Source: Intoshia linei
Lineage: Eukaryota; Animalia; Orthonectida
Assembly: GCA_001642005.1 (NCBI GenBank)
Contig: LWCA01000077.1
Location: 1-59,801 of the forward strand
Length of the DNA stretch: 59,801 bases
Reading direction: 5' to 3'
Shown in pieces: positions 52,177 through 59,801 of the stretch; the stretch's first letter is position 1, and every line of letters begins with the position of its first letter. A program made the translations under genes and the position numbers. Below the pieces are notes generated by a model. It saw nothing but the letters and a program-made list of their open reading frames with translations, had not been told where the DNA came from and did not search any database.

Positions 52177-53145
52177 ATGACTTCATTTTTAGAAAGAAAT
52201 CAAGACGCAACAGTGTATGTAGGTGGTTTAGATGAAAAGGTTAATGAATCTATTTTGTGGGAATTGTTTGTTCAAGCTGGACCGGTAATGAATATTCATA
52301 TGCCAAAGGATCGTGTTTCGCAGTGCCATCAAGGCTATGGATTCGTAGAATTTATGACTGAACAAGATGCAGACTATGCAATTAAAATTATGAATATGAT
52401 TAAATTATACGCAAAACCTATTAAGGTAAACAAAGCATCAACCCAACAAAAAAATTTGGAAGTTGGTGCAAATTTGTTTGTTGGCAATCTGGATGCTGAT
52501 GTCGATGAAAAATTATTGTATGACACATTTAGTGCATTTGGAGCCATATTACAAACTCCAAAAATTATGAGAGATACTGATACTGGTGGTTCAAAGGGAT
52601 ATGCATTTATTAATTATGCCAGTTTTTCTTCTTCTGATGCTGCTATTATGGCAATGAATGGTCAGTATTTATGTAATAGACCTTTAATGATTTCTTATGC
52701 GTACAAGAAAAATACAAAGGGCATTAGACACGGATCTGATGCCGAAAGGCTGATGGCGTTTAATAATCCAGTTGCAGCTGCTCAACAGCCCAACATGTTG
52801 TTTTCTGATAAGCCTCCTCAGTTTAATCAATTTACTCAAAGTATCGTAAATCCACCAATGATGCCTCCACCACCACCTATGCCAATGCAACCACATATGA
52901 TGCCACCACATCTAGCTGGAAATGGTCCACCAATGCCTCCTCCCAGGATGATGCATCCTCCAATTCCTCCAATGTTTAACACTGGTATGCGATCCGACAT
53001 GCCTATGAATGCTGGAATGCTTCCACCTCCGCCGCCTCTAAATATTCAGATGCTCCCACCTGGCATAGCACCTAATATGCTCAACCCACCGCCACCTTTA
53101 CAGACGCCGAATATGCCTCCACCAGCAAATAAACCCATTATGTGA
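52177..53145 (+). CDS. SF3B4: Splicing factor 3B subunit 4 (SAP49), intronless
   Basis: [17 protein letters not shown]; two RRMs; RHGSDAERL; Pro-rich tail. Confidence 0.98.
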   Translation: MTSFLERNQDATVYVGGLDEKVNESILWELFVQAGPVMNIHMPKDRVSQCHQGYGFVEFMTEQDADYAIKIMNMIKLYAKPIKVNKASTQQKNLEVGANLFVGNLDADVDEKLLYDTFSAFGAILQTPKIMRDTDTGGSKGYAFINYASFSSSDAAIMAMNGQYLCNRPLMISYAYKKNTKGIRHGSDAERLMAFNNPVAAAQQPNMLFSDKPPQFNQFTQSIVNPPMMPPPPPMPMQPHMMPPHLAGNGPPMPPPRMMHPPIPPMFNTGMRSDMPMNAGMLPPPPPLNIQMLPPGIAPNMLNPPPPLQTPNMPPPANKPIM

Positions 53146-54100
53146 ATGTAATAAATATACTGCTTTTTTTGGTAAAATTTTATTTTGATTATTTGTAAAT
53201 ATAATCAATTTAGTTGAATGTTTTTATATTCTATATTCATCTTAATTTGATCTTTTGCTCGAGTAAAAAAATTTTGTGTCTGCCTCCGAGATAAGAATAA
53301 ATAAATTTTGTACTTGTTAAAAAGTGCAGAACACTACAATGTCTGAATTAATTTTTCTGAGTAAATTTCAAAATATCTTATCCCCACTTTAATTTATGAA
53401 GGCATTTAAATCATTCTGATTCAAGAAAAATTTAAAAATTTGGCCGACAGTTCATTAATAAATTATTTTAACACATTACCGTTATATTTTTATAATTCAA
53501 AGTTGTTCGTTTATATCAATGTTTTAACTTCTGCCAACATCGTACTTTAGGATAATTGAGGTGCATTTCCATGTTTTTAAGATGATTTAAATCAGCGTTT
53601 CCCGTATGACGGTTCGCGAACTAGTACTGGCTCGTGAAAAATTTTGTGATTTATTACCTGACCACAATGTAAAAAGTGGGAACAAAAAAATTCTTCCCCT
53701 GCTTTAAATGATATCATAATTAGTGCTTATTTCTTACGAATCTAAATTACTGCTACTAAACATGAAATTGTACACATTTTTTCTTTTAATTAATTTGCAC
53801 ACGGCAAAAGTTGGTAATGCGGTATAGCCAAACTTTGACAAACCTGATTTATATAATAATTTTTTTAGGCTTTACTTTAGATCAGTGTTTCCCAACCTTT
53901 TATTTTTCAGTGCCCCTTATAAAATTTTCAAATAATAGCGCCCCCTATTAAAATGAATACAATCGATATAAATTAAATCGCCTACTCTTTTCCATTATAA
54001 TAAATTAAATATTGTGATACCGACTGAAGCAGTGAAGTAGAATTAGCAGACCACTAAAATTTTCGCATGATTTCATGAAAATTAAATAAAAAAGGTATTA

Positions 54101-54753
54101 CAGTCAAAATCTCATTTAACGAAAATGACAAAACGTTAAAATGGCATATTCGTTAAATGAATTTAACGAAAATATTAGAAATGTAAAAATAACCATAGAT
54201 TACGATCAATTTATTTATATTGACTCATAATATTAACAGAGTTTATCAATTTTTCGACATTTGTACTTTACAATGCGCATTTTTAGATTCAACATATTTG
54301 TAAATTAGTAATTTTTTTAACCCTACTTTTAACAAAATTTTTATTTTGATTTTGATTACGGTCGCATGCGGCCGTACGTTGTGCACACCTGATTTAGCAC
54401 AAGCAGTATTTTTCTGTTTTCTTTAATCAATTGTTTATTCATCTGGTGTAACCAATTTCGGAATATAAGAATATACGTGTCATCCAAGATTTTCGACTAA
54501 GTATATTCAATCTTAAAGGTTCCATGTCAATGTAAAACCATGTGGCGATTTAAATTGACCAATTACTAATGGAGCTATTTTTTCGCCTGATATTTAAAGC
54601 CATAAAAGCATAAAAATATTTAAAAAAACTCCTAAAAAAATAAAATAATATTGAATGTACGCGTTCGTTAATCAGAAATTCGTTAAATACCAGATATTTA
54701 GGCATTTATATAGAAAATAAAATTTTGACGTTCGTTAAATGAGATTTTGACTG
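54101..54753. mobile_element. pogo/Tigger-like MITE
   Basis: Perfect 23-bp TIRs cagtcaaaatctcatttaacgaa, TA flanks, and internal ttcgttaa repeats. Confidence 0.88.
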
Positions 54754-55129
54754 TATAAACAATCTAAAATATTTATTTGAATAAATCGATATAAAGTTAA
54801 TGAGTACCCTGAGGCTGATGAGCCTGTGACAACTTATCGATATCAGGAAATTCAATTACCAGAAAGAAAAAGAGATTACGGTTTTCAATAAATTCCTCTT
54901 TTTAGTTAAAAAATTTACAACCGCACTAAATCTACTTTCAACTAAAATGGACGCAATAAACATAGGTCCAATCATATTACGTTATTTAAATATTGTTTAT
55001 TAAAATTAATTTTCATGATTATTTCAACTCAATTCAAAAAGGTGATAAAAAGTGCGCTTGATGATTCTAATATTTTTCTACTGTTACCTTTCTATGAAAC
55101 ATGTTCGCACAAAGTCGATAATTAACGGC

Positions 55130-55790
55130 GAAATAAACAGGTCCAATAAATAAAAATACTTTATATACAATTTTATAAGGTGTTTTTTCTACTTTATTCA
55201 CCAAAACTTCAAGACATCTTTCTTCATCGAAGTCACCAAGGTTAAAATAACATCTTGATGGATATTTTCCAATTCTTTTATTATAAACTCAGTCAGCTCA
55301 TCAACATTATTAAATGTCTGTCATTTTTTTATACGGACCTTGCCAAAATTCCCCATAAGTTTTCAATTGGTTTAAGTCAGGAGACTTCGACGGCCACTTC
55401 ATTACATTGACACAGTTATCGTTAAACCATGCTTTTACCTTACGATAAGTGTGAATTGGAGCATTATTTTGTTTGAAAATATACTCGGTATCATAATGAG
55501 AGTGAGCAAATGGAAGTAAAGTCTCAGATAAGGTAAATATATAATCTTCAGAGTTCTGATTTCCATTCAAAATTGCCAATTTCGATTTGAATTTATGAGA
55601 AAATTTTCCCAGGCTCTTACAGATCCGCCTCTGCTTTGCTGTGTACAGTAAACTTCATTCTCCATTATCAAATCATGTCAATTAAACTGGACTCCATCAA
55701 GACCGTCCAAATTGAACTTTTTTTCGTCTGAGAATAAGCCGGAATTTCAATTTTCACCCAAATCAACATACTTTCTGGCCAAAAAAATCC
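55130..55790 (-). pseudogene. Tc1/Tc3-like transposase remnant (second family)
   Basis: SDEKKFNLDGLDG; FKQNNAPIH; WPSKSPDLN then a frameshift to ENLWG. Confidence 0.85.
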
Positions 55791-56313
55791 TACCTTATTT
55801 TTGAGTTTTTCAAAAATGATATAGTAGATACATATAGATAAGTGTTTTTGAATTAAGAGTTAACTTATTTACAAAAATAGTATAATTTAAAATTATTGGA
55901 AATTATTAATTACAGATAAAATTTGATGTTTATATATTTTAAAAGAATAACGCATATTCCGACACACAGACCGTAATATTTAAAAAAATCTAAAAGGACA
56001 ACTTTCATGTTGCTTATTTACTATCCATTGTTGCACATTTATACCTTTCAGTTTGTAATTAGAATTTCCAGTTATCTTAATCTAATTAATTAATCTAGTT
56101 AATTTGACCATCTGAATCATTTAAAGGTTGTTATAAAGATGAAATTATTTCAAAATAAAATTTATATTAACTAAAAAACAAAATGTTACTTTCGAAATTT
56201 CATAAATTACGTGGTGCAATGTATATAGTTTCATTATCGTAATATAAAAGTAACTTGTTTATCTAAACATACTTAACTTTATTTGATTCTTAAATGTTTG
56301 CATATCTAATTTA

Positions 56314-58080
56314 ATGAAGCGAAAAATGGATGAATCATTTGAAAATCAAAACAAAAAATTGTGTTCTAAATCTAGTATGGAGGATGAAAACATGGATCAA
56401 AGCAAAGATTCCATACAAGATTCAGATGACGTTGAAATGAAAGTAATGGATAGTATATCAGAAAAGGAAGTGAGCACGGTAAACGAACTGATAAAACGTA
56501 ATTTTAAACCAAAATGTATTATAAACATTTTTTAGTGGCATGTTCTAAGATGAAACAATTGGATACTCAACTTTTAGTTAAAGGTGGAGAATCGAGAACG
56601 AAAGCGGTGTTGCATCGAGCTTTACGTTCAACTATAACTTTGAGACCTCGATTGGAAGAAAAATTTATAAATTTAATCATCAAAAACTGCATAACAGATT
56701 TTAGTAATGCCAAAGAATATCTTTTAACTTTTTTTCCTACGGTTAATTCATTTGATTCTAATTTAAATATTTATAGGCATATGATGACATATCCAAATTT
56801 AAAGGGTTTTATGTATCCAAATCGGTGGAAAGTCACGTTTACATTCATCTTCTGGCCATGTTGTGTATTTTGGATCATTTGAAAATTGTTAAAGAAACCG
56901 GGATAAACCAGGTTGGGACTGAAGAAAGTAATTTGATTTTATTTAATATTTTAGGTTGTTATTACTAGGTCTGTACGATGTGCAGATTCTCTAGTTAAAC
57001 ATTCTATGGCTTTAAATAGTCATATTTGCGGTGGATTAATTGCTAGGTGTCTGTACTATCAGTCGTTGGTTTACGAATTGGTGTTACGAGTTCCAAAACT
57101 TATTCCGTAAGATGGATTTTATCTTTTATTATTAGTGAATTATATTAGATTTTTCCATGAATCCCTCCGTAAATATACAAATCGAGCTTCACCAGAATGC
57201 GAAGCTACCGTCATGAATATTTTACTACGTTATTACACGAGAGAACAACAATATCAGCAGGCGTATAAACTTATCAAAAAGTCTAAATTCCCTAATGATT
57301 GCGTTAATAGTCTTACAGCTAGATATTTGTATTACAAAGGTACGAAATTTCATATTTTTTACAATTACACTACAATTAGGCCGAGTATTGGCTGTTCATT
57401 TGGAATACAATCAAGCTTACAAAGATTTGCAATTAGCTCTTAGAAAATCGCCTCAGCGCACTGCAATTGGTTTTAAACAACACGTATTATTTGCTGTTAA
57501 ATTAGTCATATTTTTTAGGTTCGCAGACTATTGATATGTGTTGAACTTTTAATGGGCCAAATTCCCGATAAGTCAATTTTTAGAGACCCCGAAATGGAAA
57601 ACGTATTGTATCCTTATTATGAATTGACTAAAGGTTTACTCTTTGTCAGTTAATCTTATTTTTAGCTGTACGAGTCGGAACACTAATAACTTTTATTGAT
57701 ATTCTGAAAAAATACAATAGAGTTTTTAAAAAGGATAAATTGTTTACCATGATTTTACGATTGAGACACAATGTTATTAAAATTGGATTACGTCGAATTT
57801 GTCTTGTTTATTCTAGAATTTCACTTCATGATATTGCTGAAAAATTAGCAATTGGATCGGAAGAAGACGCTGAATATATAATAGCCAAAGTAATTATTTT
57901 TTTGTTGTATAGTTTAAAAAATAGGCTATACGTGATGGTGTTATAATTGCGTCAATAAACCCGGATGATGGATCAGTTACATCAAAAAATGTGTTAGATG
58001 TGTATCGAACCAATAAACCTGCAAGCATGTTTCAACAAAGAGCTAATAATTGTTTGGAATTAGAAAAACAATGTTTAACG
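56314..58080 (+). CDS. PSMD3: 26S proteasome regulatory subunit Rpn3 (3' end not found in window)
   Basis: MNILLRYY; ARYLYYKGRVLAVHLEY..ALRKSPQRTAIGFKQHV; VELLMGQIPD; LRHNVIKIGLRRICLVYSRISLHDIAEKL; DAEYIIAKAIRDGVI. Confidence 0.94.
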
Positions 58081-58559
58081 GTATTTTATATATACATGAA
58101 AAACTGTTTATAAGATTAATTGATTTTAATTATATCTGTATTTTTTTGACCTAAAGGGTTTTCACAAATATTTTACCATTTCGTTGGTTATTTATTTATT
58201 TTTTGAAATTTCTACACAATTTGAGAAGTAACCAATTAATGAGAAGCACTGAAAAATCAATAAAATATGGAAATATGGTATAATTATTGATTTTTACAGT
58301 TAAATTAATATTATGTTTCATTTTTATCTTGATTGACATTTATTGTGAGGTAGTTGAATCATTTTAAATCTAAATGACTTAAAATCAGTTATAATTTTAA
58401 TTAATGTTCAATTAAATGTAATAATGAGTGTAATTTATGTTTTTATTTTATTTTGGCAAGGTGAGAACCCCACTTATCGCAAAGTTTGTTATTTTTATAT
58501 TATACAGATTCTGTAATAATATAATTTGGGTATCTACTTAAACCCAAACATTTATATTA

Positions 58560-58860
58560 AAAATCAAAAATTACCAACCGTTTAGGCAAAAATTGAGTTT
58601 TACCCACCCTAAAAGGAAAAATCTATTTTATCTAATTTTACCAAACTTTTAGGGAAAATTCCAGTTTTATGGTTTTGTAAAAGTTGATTAATCCCTTAAG
58701 GGTTGGTAAAACTGATTTTGTCATTTTAGGGTTGGTAAAATTGGAATTTTATCTTATGAGTTTGTGAAAATGAATTTTTCCATTAGGGGTTTGTAAAGGT
58801 GGATTTTTACCATAAGGGTTGGTAAAAGTGGATTTTTAGTAAAAATGGTTGGGTTTAAGA
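58560..58860. repeat. Intronic ~30-bp degenerate tandem repeat (agggttggtaaaa core)
   Basis: The core recurs at ~58699, 58728, 58787 and 58815. Related arrays lie at ~6210-6360, 27570-27690, 29130-29480 and 33350-33570. Confidence 0.7.
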
Positions 58861-59801
58861 ATATTCTCATAGAATTTGTAACACAAATTAATGACATGAG
58901 ATATCAATTGTTTAATGGGATTATCATGCTGAAATAAAGGTTATCTTTTTTTCCATTTAACGATTGTTTCCAAAATGAAACATTTTTTCAGGAATTTATT
59001 ATATTACATTGTTAATTGTATAGTACATATTTTATATTAATTGGTTGATGTTTCAGAGAATCATGAATATTGACTGATTTTTGTCCCATTTTCAATTTTA
59101 AATTTAAAGTTTTTGTTATATGACTAGAAACTTGGCTCGGTCATAACTGATTTTCCATCAAATTTATAATACACTAATTTTACAAAAATATAAATTACTA
59201 TAATGGGGTGACTGTATTAATACAATAAAGACCAATGTTTCCAAAATGGAACAATGGAGGTTTCCCAGTAAGTTTTTCAACTATGAGTAATTTAATGTAA
59301 TACCAAAGAATTTTATTTTACATGATTTCTAAGTTATTTTTATTCTTATAAACGAAGATGAAAAATATCAAAATAAAATCTGATAATAAAAGGTAATCCT
59401 CTAAAATACCTTATATAAAAAGGTAATCTGACCAGGAAAGAAAAAGTCCATATGATTACTGTTTGGGCTCGAAACGTCCTGGTAACTACGTGGAAGTATA
59501 ACGATGTTGATGAAACATCGTTATTATTTATCAGTTTCCTAATTTGAGTCATTCAGGGTCAAAACCCCATTTTTCATTTTATTTGAAAAATTAATCAGCT
59601 CACTATTTTTTATTAATCAATACAATGCAACGTTAATCGAAATATTGTTGTTAAAAAAATACCGAATCGGTCACATCATATTTTTCAATAATTATTGAAA
59701 ATACTATTAGGTTGTCCAATAAGTAATGTCATTTTATAGACTAAAATTAAAACGTTTATTTTAAGTGTTTATAAATTAATCTAACTGATAAAATAATCTC
59801 C

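Noticed and set aside
52684-52911. Trp/His-rich antisense ORF
   Set aside because: Reverse complement of the SF3B4 Pro/Met codons.
58346-58370. tgaggtagt (let-7-like start)
   Set aside because: No fold-back and the rest of the sequence does not match.
58690-58850. ttaggg-containing repeats as interstitial telomere
   Set aside because: The hexamer is not tandem; it is part of a ~30-bp unit.
59346-59552. 68-aa minus-strand ORF
   Set aside because: No motif; contains a local duplication; probably intronic repeat DNA.

Overview
Very AT-rich, extremely compact eukaryotic (animal) genomic DNA, standard genetic code. Most introns are 30-55 nt GT-AG, and the longer ones carry transposon remnants. 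The architecture suggests a genome-reduced invertebrate such as an orthonectid (Intoshia-like); that is inference only. Hand-splicing gives about 14 recognisable genes: an ALK/LTK-like receptor tyrosine kinase, cyclin H, a half-size divergent Bicaudal-D, RPS27, EBP2, CTDSPL2, TFAM, CAPZA, QRSL1/GatA, LAS1L, PDXK, PPIP5K, a Qa syntaxin, SF3B4 and a 3'-incomplete PSMD3. Mobile DNA includes hAT, piggyBac-type and pogo/Tigger-type MITEs, a Helitron-like element, a Ty3/gypsy pol remnant, and a CGGBP1-like hAT element with an intron-bearing Tc1 (DD34E, IR/DR ends) nested inside it. No rRNA, tRNA or CRISPR array was seen. I found no single clearly new multi-gene system. The most notable observations are the mini-BicD, gene pairs whose stop codons are only 7-17 bp apart or whose start codons are about 50-80 bp apart, and the Tc1 whose start codon and splice donor overlap its inner direct repeat. 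Exon boundaries were read by eye and need RNA-seq confirmation.
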